A stretch of DNA of 61,302 nt, counting the filler, from Actinomycetota bacterium (lineage in GTDB: Bacteria; Actinomycetota; Actinomycetes; JAKEEW01), in NCBI GenBank assembly GCA_046725875.1. It is 4 parts of 4 records of this genome, joined end to end, with 100 filler letters (N's around TTAATTAATTAA, not from the genome) between each part and the next. Parts side by side here need not be neighbours in the genome. Positions count along the whole stretch, not along the records: positions 1 to 18,675 come from JBKOZJ010000018.1; 3 more parts are not named here. One strand, given 5' to 3'. Position 1 is the first letter of the stretch; each line of letters opens with the position of its first letter. Made by a program: the position numbers and the translations under genes. Below, in pieces: positions 1 to 9,483 of this stretch. The notes below the pieces were generated by a model that was not told the origin of the DNA, did no database searches, and saw only the letters and a list, made by a program, of their open reading frames with translations.

Positions 1-335
1 AAGACAGAGCCCACCTGCGCGGACTCGAGACGAGCGGAGACAAAGGCGGGGGTGCGGTCGACCTGGATGCCTCCCATGAACAGCTGCCCCACCCGCTCGG
101 CGAGGCTGAGCTGGTCGAGGGTCCGTTCCGGGCAGCCCTCCAGGCCCGCGGACGGGGGCGTGGTGGACGGTATCTGCGATGGCCGCGTTGTCGCCGAGGC
201 CGTGCCGCCGGACGTCGGCGCTCCGCTCGCCTCCTTCGAACCGCCACAGCTCACCACGCTCAGCGCTAGTACGCCGCATCCGAGAACGGCGACCAGCCGA
301 GGACGACGAGCCACAGCTCCATCGTCCCCGATCAT
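1..335 (-). CDS. Glycoside hydrolase family 3 (NagZ-like) lipoprotein, N-terminal part; runs off the window start
   Basis: Not in the ORF track; translated by hand from ATG 335, which overlaps the NUDIX stop (TAATG). MIGDDGAVARRPRLVAVLGCGVLALSVVSC has a lipobox, then an S/T/P linker, then LDQLSLAERVGQLFMGG, the typical GH3 N-terminal motif. Confidence 0.7.
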   Translation of the reverse strand, partial: MIGDDGAVARRPRLVAVLGCGVLALSVVSCGGSKEASGAPTSGGTASATTRPSQIPSTTPPSAGLEGCPERTLDQLSLAERVGQLFMGGIQVDRTPAFVSARLESAQVGSV

Positions 336-757
336 TAGCGACTTCTCCGCGCATCGCCGCCGCGTAGCCGAGTGAGCATTTCGGCAGTGAGCAGGGTGAG
401 CGGCTCGGGGAGGTTATCGAGGTCGTACCATTCCACCGAGGTGATCTCGCGGGGATCTTGTACGGCAGGAACACCGTGCGCTTCGACCACGTCGAAGGCG
501 TACGCGCGGAACGGGACGCCGTCGGCACCGACGAAGTCACCGGCGAACAGCAGCTCTCCGAGGACCACGGTGAGTCCGGTTTCCTCGCATGTTTCCCGGA
601 TCGCAGCGTCAGCGGGCGTCTCGCCAGCCTCGATCCGACCGCCCGGCAAACCGAAGCGCTGGAACCCGTACGCCTCGTGGATCAGCAGAACTCGGCCGCC
701 GGTATCACGGATCAGCGACGCCGCTACCTCAAATTGCCTCGCCTTGAGACTGCCCAT
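335..757 (-). CDS. NUDIX hydrolase
   Basis: Nudix box GGRIEAGETPADAAIRETCEETGL. Confidence 0.9.
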   Translation of the reverse strand: MGSLKARQFEVAASLIRDTGGRVLLIHEAYGFQRFGLPGGRIEAGETPADAAIRETCEETGLTVVLGELLFAGDFVGADGVPFRAYAFDVVEAHGVPAVQDPREITSVEWYDLDNLPEPLTLLTAEMLTRLRGGDARRSR

Positions 758-833
758 GACCGCCGATGGTCCCAGAGGCCGCGGAGGGTTCGGGAACGGT
801 GGTCCCTCAGGTAGAAATCATGACCCCAAAGGC

Positions 834-941
834 AAGATCCATGGACCGTCAACTGGACGAATCGCGCCGATTTCTCGCACTCACGGTCCAAAGATCTTCG
901 ATCAGGCCGATCATCCTCGCATTTACGGTCCAATGATCTTC
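834..941. repeat. Intergenic three-unit repeat (one inverted and two direct copies), REP/MITE-like
   Basis: AAGATCCATGGACCGT (834-849) is inverted relative to ACGGTCCAAAGATCTT (883-898) and ACGGTCCAATGATCTT (925-940). Confidence 0.7.
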
Positions 942-968
942 AACCGGCATGCCGGCGAGCAATAAGCG

Positions 969-1403
969 TCAGAAGCGCTCGACGACGCGGAAGCGCTCGG
1001 CAACCGCAGGCGTCTCATCGCCGATCGTGAAGGTGGGATCGCCGAGGTAGGCGCGCATTTCACTGCTGTGCCAGAAGCGCTCGTGTGCCTCCCGCCAGGC
1101 CGCGACCGTCTCGTACCCCTCTCCCTCGTCGGCCGCATGTGCCAAATCGATATCACGGAGCGGCAGGACGCGCACGTCGGTCGTCTCGATCACGGCGACG
1201 GGCCGACCGGCCGAGTCGACGACAACGCTCCGGTGGCCAACCTCGGGCACCGGCTCGCCGTCGTGCTCATACTCGACGACAAGCGACGTCGTTGACGTCT
1301 TCTCGCCGGCCAGGATCGCTGCCACGAGCTGGTCGCGCAGCGGACCGGGAAACGCGAAGTAGGCCCTTGGCAGATCGGACACCGGGCGAGCGTAGCGCGC
1401 CAC
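969..1403 (-). CDS. ASCH domain protein
   Basis: FAFPGPLRDQLVAAILAGEKTSTTS and HAADEGEG motifs of the actinobacterial ASCH family. Confidence 0.85.
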   Translation of the reverse strand: MARYARPVSDLPRAYFAFPGPLRDQLVAAILAGEKTSTTSLVVEYEHDGEPVPEVGHRSVVVDSAGRPVAVIETTDVRVLPLRDIDLAHAADEGEGYETVAAWREAHERFWHSSEMRAYLGDPTFTIGDETPAVAERFRVVERF

Positions 1404-1542
1404 CTACCAGCCACGAGGTCGTGAGCGTCAGACTCTGATCATTGATCGCGAACGGTCAAGGGATGCATACCGACCATCCCGTGGCCGAGGCGTCGGCATA
1501 GGGTGGCGCGCCGAGAAGTCCGCGGACGGCGGGAGGAGTGCA

Positions 1543-2511
1543 GTGGTTACTTCGGTTCGGGTGGTTCGGCCGCCGGCGATGGATGATCTCGACCGGGCAT
1601 CGGAAGTCGTAGAAAGCCATCTCCCGCCAACACCTTTGGTATCGACGACCGCAACCGGGGATGGATGGCTCAAGCTCGAAAGCTGGCAACCAACCGGGTC
1701 GTTCAAGGTGCGGGGCGCGCTGGCTGCACTGTCCGCGCTCGGGGACGAGGCTCGGGCCGCGGGGGTGGTCACGGCATCCGCGGGCAACCACGGACTCGGC
1801 GTCGCATACGCCGCAACCTCGCTGGGCATCCGGGCCACAATCGTCGTCCCCAAGACCGCTTCAGCGGCGAAGGTCGCCGCCCTCCGCCGGTTCGCCGTCG
1901 AGGTGGTGCAGCAGGGGGACAGCTACGACGCCGCCGAGGCGTACGCCGTCGAGCTCGCCGCGGACGGCCCGGCGTTCGTGTCTCCGTACAACGACCCGTG
2001 GGTGATCGCTGGCCAGTCGACCATCGGACGTGAGGTGGCACACGAGATCGACGGGCCGGTCACGATCGTCGCACCAATCGGCGGGGGTGGGCTGGTGGCG
2101 GGCCTGAGCTTGTGGGCAACGGGCAGCCCGGGTGTGCGAATCGTCGGAGTCGAAGTTGAGGCCTCGCGATCGGTGTCGGCAGCCATCGCCCGCGGCGCGA
2201 TCGTGTCCTTGCCCATCGGGCAAACCCTCGCCGACGGACTGGCCGGAAACCTCGAACCGGGCTGCATCACCCCGGCGCTCATCGGCAAGCACACATATGC
2301 CCTAACGTCGGTCTCCGAGGCGGACATCCGACCGGCAATGCGCTTCCTCGCCGCCGAGCACGGCCTTGTCGTCGAGGGGGCGGGCGCCGTCGCGGTCGCC
2401 GCCGTGCTCTCCGGCAAGGTCGATCCGTCCGGCCCGGTCGTCGCTCTCGTGACCGGACGCAACATCGCCTTGCCGACCTTCGCCGAGGTCCTGGCCGAAC
2501 CCGCGGGATGA
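1543..2511 (+). CDS. PLP-dependent threonine/serine dehydratase family protein
   Basis: KLESWQPTGSFKVRGA (PLP lysine), SAGNHG, PIGGGGL; no C-terminal ACT domain. Confidence 0.9.
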   Translation: MVTSVRVVRPPAMDDLDRASEVVESHLPPTPLVSTTATGDGWLKLESWQPTGSFKVRGALAALSALGDEARAAGVVTASAGNHGLGVAYAATSLGIRATIVVPKTASAAKVAALRRFAVEVVQQGDSYDAAEAYAVELAADGPAFVSPYNDPWVIAGQSTIGREVAHEIDGPVTIVAPIGGGGLVAGLSLWATGSPGVRIVGVEVEASRSVSAAIARGAIVSLPIGQTLADGLAGNLEPGCITPALIGKHTYALTSVSEADIRPAMRFLAAEHGLVVEGAGAVAVAAVLSGKVDPSGPVVALVTGRNIALPTFAEVLAEPAG

Positions 2512-2514
2512 CGG

Positions 2515-3294
2515 TCAGCCGCGGCCGAGGAGCGTCCCCCCATTCACCTGGAGGATTTGGCCGGTTGTCCAGCCGGCAGCCGGCGACACCAAGTAGCGAA
2601 CCGCCGCCGCGACCTCCTCGGGCGTACCCGGCCGGTTCATCGGGATCAGCCGCACCCTCGACTCGTATACCTCTGGCGTCAGCCGGCCCGACCAGAACTC
2701 GGTGTCGGGGACGAAGCCCGGCGCGACGATATTCACTGTTACCCCCTCCGGCGCGAGCTGTGGCGCCAAGGAATACGCCCATGCATGCAACGCCGCCTTA
2801 GCCGCACCATAGGATCCGGCCCCCCGCAGCGCCGCAACCGAGCTGATCGCGACGATCCGGCCACCCGGGCGGGTCATGTGCGGAAGCAAGGCCTCGGTGA
2901 GTAGGACTGCCGGAAGTACGTTGCCGTCAAAGTCGTCTCGCCAGGCCGCGGCGATCTCCGTGAGCGTGCCGGCAGGCGCACTAGAGACTCCGCCCGCGTT
3001 GTTGACAAGGACATCTACCTGGCCGACCGCGCCGGCAACCGCTGCCGAGATTGCTTCGACCTGGTCGGGCTGCGTCAGATCGACTGAGTACCAGAGCACG
3101 TCCCTGCCCGACCCACCGGCCTCGATGTCCGCCGCTGCCTTCTCCAGTGCATCCGAGCGCCGTCCGAGAATGATCAGGCGGTCGCCGTCTCGGGCGAGGG
3201 CCGTCGCGATCGCCTTGCCGATCCCGGTCGCGCCGCCGGATACGACAGCGAGTCGCGCCCTGGGCTGTTCGTCCGCCGACGCAGGCACGTCCAC
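2515..3294 (-). CDS. Short-chain dehydrogenase/reductase
   Basis: SGGATGIG, NNAG and YGAAK motifs. Confidence 0.92.
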   Translation of the reverse strand: MDVPASADEQPRARLAVVSGGATGIGKAIATALARDGDRLIILGRRSDALEKAAADIEAGGSGRDVLWYSVDLTQPDQVEAISAAVAGAVGQVDVLVNNAGGVSSAPAGTLTEIAAAWRDDFDGNVLPAVLLTEALLPHMTRPGGRIVAISSVAALRGAGSYGAAKAALHAWAYSLAPQLAPEGVTVNIVAPGFVPDTEFWSGRLTPEVYESRVRLIPMNRPGTPEEVAAAVRYLVSPAAGWTTGQILQVNGGTLLGRG

Positions 3295-3404
3295 GCCTCG
3301 ATCATGCCCAGCGGTCCGGGTCGGGACAAGCGGTTAGGGCCGCCACGCCCTATCTCGCGGTAATTCGCTGTCCGATTGTCACCGGTCGGTGGTAGGCAGT
3401 TGCC

Positions 3405-4640
3405 ATGACGGAGAGCGCTGCCGGCCCCTACGCCATCCGACCGGTCAACCCCGAGGAGTGGGACGCGGTCGTGGCAAACGACGAGCTTGTCTTCGGCGAC
3501 CTCTTCCCTGAAGAGGTCCTCGAACGGGAGCGTCAACTCCTCGACTGGTCACGCACTCTAGCTGCCTACGACGGCGACGACCTGATCGGGTTTACCGCCG
3601 CGTACGACCTCGCGTTGACCGTTCCGGGCGCCGTCCTGCCGCATACCGGCGGCGTGACCTGGGTCGGCGTACGAAGCACGCATCGGCGGCGTGGCGTGCT
3701 TCGCTCTCTCATGCATCGGCAGCTGACCGACCTGCACGAGCTCGGGGAACCGGTTGCCACGCTCTGGGCGAGCGAGGGGGCGATCTATGGCCGGTTCGGC
3801 TACGGGCTGGCCTCGATGAAGTACTCGTTGACGCTTCCCCGCCGTGCCGGTCTGACGGACGCGCCGAGGGACCCGTCGCTACGGCTGCGCATCGTCGACC
3901 CCAAGAAGTCGTTCGATGCACTCGAGGCGGTCGCAGCCACCGCGCCGTCGCGGCCGGGATTCCTCGCCCGGACCGAGCCGCGGTGGAACCGCTCGACCGA
4001 CAGCCCAACCGCCAGCCGCGGCGGCGGCCGCCTGTATTGCCTCGTCGCGGAGAGCGGTGGGCAGCCCCGCGGCTACGCGCTATATGTCCCCAAGGGGAAG
4101 TGGGAGGACGCTGGCCCGGCCGGCACAGTCATCGTCCGCGAGGTGCTCGCCGCTGACCAGGCCGCGTACGCCGAGCTGTGGCGGTTCCTCCTCGACATCG
4201 ACCTGATGACCACCATCGAATACTGGAACCTGCCGGTCGATGACCCGTTGCTGTTGTGGCTGGCAGATCCGCGGCGGGCCAAGCCAACGCTCTCCGACTC
4301 GATGTTTGTCCGGATCCTCGATATCGGCGCGGCGCTGTCAGCTCGACGCTACGCGACCGACGTGGACGTCGTGATCGACGTATCCGACGACGTCCTTGCC
4401 TGGAACGGCGGCCACTGGCGGCTCACCGCCGACTCGTCCGGTGTCTCGTGTACGAAGACTCAGGAGCCGGCCGACCTCTCCTTGGATGCGCGTAGCCTCG
4501 GCTCTGCCTATCTAGGCGGCGTTCCGCTCGAGACGCTCGCCGCGGCTGGCCGGGTCGCCGAGCACACCCCGGGGACGGTCGCCACGACAAGCCGCGCCTT
4601 CACTTCGCCGCTCGCTCCGTGGTGCCCGTTCATATTCTGA
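3405..4640 (+). CDS. Eis-like GNAT acetyltransferase with C-terminal SCP2 domain
   Basis: VTWVGVRSTHRRRG, LWASEGAIYGRFGYG, LGSAYLGG; 411 aa ending WCPFIF. Confidence 0.9.
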   Translation: MTESAAGPYAIRPVNPEEWDAVVANDELVFGDLFPEEVLERERQLLDWSRTLAAYDGDDLIGFTAAYDLALTVPGAVLPHTGGVTWVGVRSTHRRRGVLRSLMHRQLTDLHELGEPVATLWASEGAIYGRFGYGLASMKYSLTLPRRAGLTDAPRDPSLRLRIVDPKKSFDALEAVAATAPSRPGFLARTEPRWNRSTDSPTASRGGGRLYCLVAESGGQPRGYALYVPKGKWEDAGPAGTVIVREVLAADQAAYAELWRFLLDIDLMTTIEYWNLPVDDPLLLWLADPRRAKPTLSDSMFVRILDIGAALSARRYATDVDVVIDVSDDVLAWNGGHWRLTADSSGVSCTKTQEPADLSLDARSLGSAYLGGVPLETLAAAGRVAEHTPGTVATTSRAFTSPLAPWCPFIF

Positions 4641-4670
4641 CACCGGCCGGTTGCCCCTCGCCGGCGTGGG

Positions 4671-5144
4671 TTAAGGGGCAGGAACTTCGGGGAGCGCGCC
4701 GGTCTCCTCGTAGGCCGTCAGCATGTCGATGCGGCGGCGGTGCCGCTCCGCACCACTGAACGGCGTGGCAAGGAACACGTCGACGAATCTGGTCGCCTCG
4801 TCGACCGTGTGCATACGAGCGCCGATGGAGACGACGTTGGCGTCGTTGTCCTCCCGGCCGAGTTGGGCGGTCTCCTCGCTCCATGCGATCGCGGCCCGGA
4901 CGCCGCCCACCTTGTTGGCAGCCATCGCCTCCCCGTTGCCCGAACCCCCGATCACCACGCCCAAGCTGTCCGGATCGGCGGCCACCCGGGTCGCCGCGCG
5001 CAGAATGTAGGGCGGGTAGTCGTCGTCGCTGTGATACGCCATCGGGCCGCAGTCGACCGGCTCGTGGCCGGCCTCCTCCAGCCGGCCGAGGAGGTGCGAC
5101 TTGAGCTCGTAGCCGGCGTGGTCGGATGCGATATAGATCCGCAT
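4671..5144 (-). CDS. rpiB: Ribose-5-phosphate isomerase B
   Basis: MRIYIASDHAGYELK, DDDYP, GGSGNGE, RHRRRI; start moved to ATG 5144. Confidence 0.95.
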   Translation of the reverse strand: MRIYIASDHAGYELKSHLLGRLEEAGHEPVDCGPMAYHSDDDYPPYILRAATRVAADPDSLGVVIGGSGNGEAMAANKVGGVRAAIAWSEETAQLGREDNDANVVSIGARMHTVDEATRFVDVFLATPFSGAERHRRRIDMLTAYEETGALPEVPAP

Positions 5145-5306
5145 GCCGGGCAGTCTTCCACTAGACAGCAGCGCCGTCCGATGCAACCCACGAACGGGAG
5201 GGACAGATCGTCAGGCCGCGGCCCAGGATCCCTATAGGGGGAGGCGGCGGACGGACGGACGTGGCACGATGCCATGGCCGCGATTGTCGAACGGGGAGCC
5301 AAGACC

Positions 5307-7871
5307 GTGCCGGGCATGAACCTGACCCGCGACGAGGCCGCCGGCCGCGCCGCATTGATCGACGTCGATTCCTACGCCGTCGAGCTCGATCTCACGACAA
5401 GCGAGTCCACCTTCCGGTCCACTACAGTGATCAGGTTCGGGTGCCGGGAGCCCGGATCGTCCACCTTTGCCGACCTGGTGGCTCCGGAAGCGCACGAGAT
5501 CAGGTTGAACGGTCGGACGCTCGACCCGGCCGCTGTCTTCGACAGCCTCCGGATCCAGCTCGAGGATCTGGACGCGGAGAACGAACTGCGAGTAGTCGCC
5601 GACTGCTCTTATATGAACACGGGCGAAGGTCTGCATCGGTTCGTCGACCCGGTTGACCAGTCGATCTACCTTTACAGCCAGTTCGAGGTCGCGGACGCCC
5701 GCCGAGTCTACGCCTGTTTCGACCAGCCCGACCTCAAGGGTCGGTGGCAACTCACCGTCATCGCCCCCGACGACTGGGAGGTGGTGTCGAACTCACCGAC
5801 ACCGAGCCCACAGTCCCTGACTCCCGGGAAGGCGTTGTGGTCGTTCGAACCGACGCCGCGCATCTCCACGTACATCACCGCCCTCGTGGCGGGTTCCTAC
5901 CACGTCGAGCGGGACGAGTACTGGTACGGCGACCGCCTCATCCCGCTCGCGGCTTACTGCCGTCGGTCTCTCGCCGAGTACCTCAAGTCCGCGGGCATTT
6001 TCGAGGTCACGAAGCAGGGCTTCGACTACTTCCACGAGACATTCGATTATCCGTACCCCTTCGCGAAGTACGACCAGCTCTTCGTGCCCGAATACAACGC
6101 CGGCGCAATGGAGAACGCCGCGTGCGTGACGATCCTTGAGGACTACGTCTTCCGGTCCAAAGTCACCGACGCAGCCTATGAACGACGCGCCGAGACGATC
6201 CTGCACGAGCTCGCCCACATGTGGTTCGGCGATCTGGTCACGATGCGCTGGTGGGACGACCTCTGGCTCAACGAGTCTTTCGCGACGTATGTCTCGGTCC
6301 TTTGCCAGTCACGGGTAACCCGCTGGCGAGGTGCCTGGACGACATTCGCGAACGTGGAGAAAGCGTGGGCCTACCGGCAGGACCAGCTCCCATCGACCCA
6401 TCCGATCGTGGCCGACATCAAAGATCTCGAGGACGTGGAGGTCAACTTCGACGGCATCACCTACGCCAAGGGTGCGTCGGTGCTCAAGCAGCTCGTTGCG
6501 TGGGTCGGGATCGACCGCTTCTTCGAGGGGATGCGCCACTACTTCAAGCGCTACGAGTGGGGCAACACCACGCTCGCTGACTTGCTAGCGATTCTGGCGG
6601 AGACCTCCGGCCGTGACCTGTCCGGGTGGGGGACGGAATGGCTCGAGACGGCCGGGGTCAACACCCTGCGACCGGAGTTCGCCGTCGACGAGGAGGGCAG
6701 GTTCACCTCGTTTGCGGTACTTCAGGAGGCCCCGGCGAAGTGGCCGACGCTGCGCTCGCACCGGATCGCGATCGGCTTGTACGACAAGGCGGCGGATGGG
6801 CGGATCTCTCGCCGGGACCGGCTCGAGCTGGACGTCTCGGGTGATCGGACAGAGGTAGCCGAGCTGGCCGGCATTCTCAAGCCTGATCTGATCCTGCTCA
6901 ACGACGACGACCTGACCTACGCGAAGGTTCGCCTCGACCCGGGTTCGCTGGCGGTCGTGGCGGGATCGGTCGGTTCGATCAGCGAGTCACTCCCCCGTGC
7001 ATTGTGCTGGAGCGCGGCGTGGGACATGACGCGCGATGCGGAGCTTCCGGCCCGCGACTGGATCCGGCTCGTCCTCGGCGGCATCGGCGAGGAGTCGGAC
7101 ATCGCCGTGGTCCAGGCGCTGCTGCGGAAGACCTTCAGTGCGCTCGACCATTTCGCCGATCCCGTGTGGCGGCCGGTCGGGCTGGCCGAGCTAGGTGCCG
7201 CGGCACGCCAGCACCTCCACACTGCGGCGCCGGGCAGTGACCACCAGCTTGCCTGGGCGCGATCATTTGTCAACGCGGCCCGCTCGCAGGATGACCTTGC
7301 CTATGTACGGGCACTGCTCGATGGCACCGAGACCGTCGAGGGGCTGACTATGGACGCGGACCTGCGCTGGCATCTTGTCACGCGGCTCGTCGCGACCGGC
7401 GCGGCCGACGAGCGCGATGTGGATGCGGAGCTCGACCGGGACAACACTGCCACCGGGCAGCGCCACGCCGCCGGCGCCCTCGCCGCCCGCCCGACTCCGG
7501 CCGCAAAGGCGGAGGCCTGGGAGTCGGTCGTGACAAGGGGCGACCTGCCGAATGCGATCCAAGCATCGGTCATCGGTGGCTTCAGCAATCCCGACCAGCT
7601 GGACCTGATAGAGCCATATGTCGAGCCGTACTTTGCGTCGATCAAGGAGATCTGGGCCAGCCGGACGAATGAAATCGCTCAGCAAATAGTGGTCGGGCTC
7701 TACCCATCACTCCGGATCGAGGAGTCGACGATCGACCGGACGGACCGCTACATCGCCGAGGAGGAGCCGGTGCCGGCCCTGCGCCGACTGCTCGTGGAGG
7801 GCCGGGACGGCGTCGCCCGCGCCCTTCGCGCCCGCGCCCGCGACGCGGCCACAGCCGTGCCGCAAAGCTGA
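5307..7871 (+). CDS. pepN: Aminopeptidase N (M1 family)
   Basis: GAMEN and HELAHMWFGDLVTMRWWDDLWLNESFA zinc motif; typical MPGMNLTR start at GTG 5307. Confidence 0.97.
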   Translation: MPGMNLTRDEAAGRAALIDVDSYAVELDLTTSESTFRSTTVIRFGCREPGSSTFADLVAPEAHEIRLNGRTLDPAAVFDSLRIQLEDLDAENELRVVADCSYMNTGEGLHRFVDPVDQSIYLYSQFEVADARRVYACFDQPDLKGRWQLTVIAPDDWEVVSNSPTPSPQSLTPGKALWSFEPTPRISTYITALVAGSYHVERDEYWYGDRLIPLAAYCRRSLAEYLKSAGIFEVTKQGFDYFHETFDYPYPFAKYDQLFVPEYNAGAMENAACVTILEDYVFRSKVTDAAYERRAETILHELAHMWFGDLVTMRWWDDLWLNESFATYVSVLCQSRVTRWRGAWTTFANVEKAWAYRQDQLPSTHPIVADIKDLEDVEVNFDGITYAKGASVLKQLVAWVGIDRFFEGMRHYFKRYEWGNTTLADLLAILAETSGRDLSGWGTEWLETAGVNTLRPEFAVDEEGRFTSFAVLQEAPAKWPTLRSHRIAIGLYDKAADGRISRRDRLELDVSGDRTEVAELAGILKPDLILLNDDDLTYAKVRLDPGSLAVVAGSVGSISESLPRALCWSAAWDMTRDAELPARDWIRLVLGGIGEESDIAVVQALLRKTFSALDHFADPVWRPVGLAELGAAARQHLHTAAPGSDHQLAWARSFVNAARSQDDLAYVRALLDGTETVEGLTMDADLRWHLVTRLVATGAADERDVDAELDRDNTATGQRHAAGALAARPTPAAKAEAWESVVTRGDLPNAIQASVIGGFSNPDQLDLIEPYVEPYFASIKEIWASRTNEIAQQIVVGLYPSLRIEESTIDRTDRYIAEEEPVPALRRLLVEGRDGVARALRARARDAATAVPQS

Positions 7872-7897
7872 GTCGACCGCCGCTGAGCCCTCCTTCG

Positions 7898-8548
7898 CTA
7901 CGCGGCGGCCCGGGAAGCGGCGACCTCGGTGGGCACGGGGCGGCGACCGCGCACTGCGTCGTACAGCAAGATCGTCCCAAGGATCTGCGCGACATGATAG
8001 GCGGACGTGGGGTCGAGCCCAATCATCGCCGTGACTTCTGGGCTCACGGCCTTGAGGCCGGAGGCTCCGCCACTCGCCAGGATCGCGACGATCACGCCGG
8101 GAGCCATCGGGTGCCGGTGCCATGTCGCCCAGCCCCAAAGCGAAAGCACACTGAGCATGGTCAGGCTCTCACAGGCAAGGATGGCGGCGACGCCGGCGTG
8201 TCCGGTCATTGCCACGACGACATAGGCGGCGAGGCCGATCGAGCGCAGCAACCAAAATGCCCTCGCCCGGCCGGGTCCGAGCACATCCGTCACTGTCGCC
8301 GCCAGGACATATGACACGGCCACGACCACGATCAGGCTGATGATCGTCCAGCTGATCAAGCCGGCACGCTCCCAGCGGTTGAACACACCGTGATGCACCG
8401 CACCGCCGAGCGCCGCCACTCCGAACCACCAGAACGCGCCCCGCCAGTACCGATTCGCGGCGTCCGATCGGCTGAGCATGACGGCGAACGTCACCGTGAC
8501 GATGCCCAACGCGAAATCGGTCAGCGACTGCGCCGGCTCGTACAACAC
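7898..8548 (-). CDS. Multi-pass membrane protein (DUF6962-like)
   Basis: About seven hydrophobic segments with EP..SLTDF, GGAVHHG and AYHVAQ motifs. Confidence 0.6.
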   Translation of the reverse strand: MLYEPAQSLTDFALGIVTVTFAVMLSRSDAANRYWRGAFWWFGVAALGGAVHHGVFNRWERAGLISWTIISLIVVVAVSYVLAATVTDVLGPGRARAFWLLRSIGLAAYVVVAMTGHAGVAAILACESLTMLSVLSLWGWATWHRHPMAPGVIVAILASGGASGLKAVSPEVTAMIGLDPTSAYHVAQILGTILLYDAVRGRRPVPTEVAASRAAA

Positions 8549-8654
8549 AAATCAACGGTACGTCCACGGTCCGACACGCGCCCAAGCCCCCGTGACCCGC
8601 ACCGCGCGGCCACTCGTCGCGGCGCTCCGGCTGCGGGCCCGGTTGGTGTCGGCT

Positions 8655-9044
8655 CTACGGCTGATCGAGGTGGAGGCTTCGCGGATGGCGTGCCTGCTCC
8701 CCCAACAGGATGATGCCGCCCGCGATCCCTCCGGCGAGGTCGCCCGTGGCGAAGGAGCTGGTCATGGTGGCCGCAGCAAGGGCGCATGCGCGGTCGTCCA
8801 CGTACCGCGTCGCGACCGTGCCGGTCACGATCTCCAGCTGGCGACGGTCGGGGTCGACGACCACGACGATCGAGCGATCGGGAGCGGGCATGCCGGCCAG
8901 AATTTTGCGCGCGAAGGCGGGCGGCTCGTCCGGAGTCGGACCGACGTGGGCCATGTAGGTCAGATCCGACTCGCGCTCGGCTATCTCGATCGCCCGCTCG
9001 ATCTCCTCCTGCTGCCGAGGGCTGAGGGCCTCACCAGCGAGCAC
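8655..9044 (-). CDS. TPM/DUF5130 family protein (CtaI/Rv2468c-like)
   Basis: VVVVDPDRRQLEIVTG, MTSSFATGDLAGGI, EQARHP; position next to pepN; start at GTG 9044 inferred. Confidence 0.8.
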   Translation of the reverse strand: MLAGEALSPRQQEEIERAIEIAERESDLTYMAHVGPTPDEPPAFARKILAGMPAPDRSIVVVVDPDRRQLEIVTGTVATRYVDDRACALAAATMTSSFATGDLAGGIAGGIILLGEQARHPRSLHLDQP

Positions 9045-9447
9045 CGGCTCCGCCTCCCTCTGGTCGCTGCTCAGCCTCCGACTCGGCTGCGCTTCGAGCG
9101 TCATCCTCCACCGGCGCCTCGATGACCCTGCTAGGGCCAACTGTGGCGCTCGAGGGCAGCTCGGCGCCGGGTGGCGCACCAAACACCAGCGGACCGCCCT
9201 GCCAGCCGCGGTCGGGCCGGTAACGGGGGCCCCGCGCGATGGACGGTACGGCGACGAGCAGCGCGATGAGCAGGAAGGCGCCGACCGGAACGACCCCAAA
9301 CAGCAGCAGGGTTTCGAGCGCGCTCAGCCCCTTCCCTGGGTCGTCCCCGGCGTCAGGGTGCTCAGCGAACGCCGGCGAGCCCACCAGCAAGCCGGCTGCA
9401 GTACCGCCGCTGACCGCGGCAACCCGGAGCAAGGTGCGAATGGTCAC
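9031..9447 (-). CDS. Small membrane protein (CtaJ/Rv2468A-like)
   Basis: LETLLLFGVVP TM helix, GPRYRPDRGW, C-terminal GGGAGARW; overlaps the DUF5130 gene. Confidence 0.7.
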   Translation of the reverse strand: MTIRTLLRVAAVSGGTAAGLLVGSPAFAEHPDAGDDPGKGLSALETLLLFGVVPVGAFLLIALLVAVPSIARGPRYRPDRGWQGGPLVFGAPPGAELPSSATVGPSRVIEAPVEDDARSAAESEAEQRPEGGGAGARW

Positions 9448-9483
9448 AGCAGAACGGTAGTCGAGGCGATCACGGATCGCCGG

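Noticed and set aside
834..941. Possible mini-CRISPR array
   Set aside because: Only two direct 16-bp units plus one inverted, with partly repeated spacers and no cas genes.
3377..3398. TGTCAC-N10-TAGGCA upstream of the eis-like gene as a RecA-NDp promoter
   Set aside because: Both boxes mismatch the consensus, including the conserved final T of the -10.
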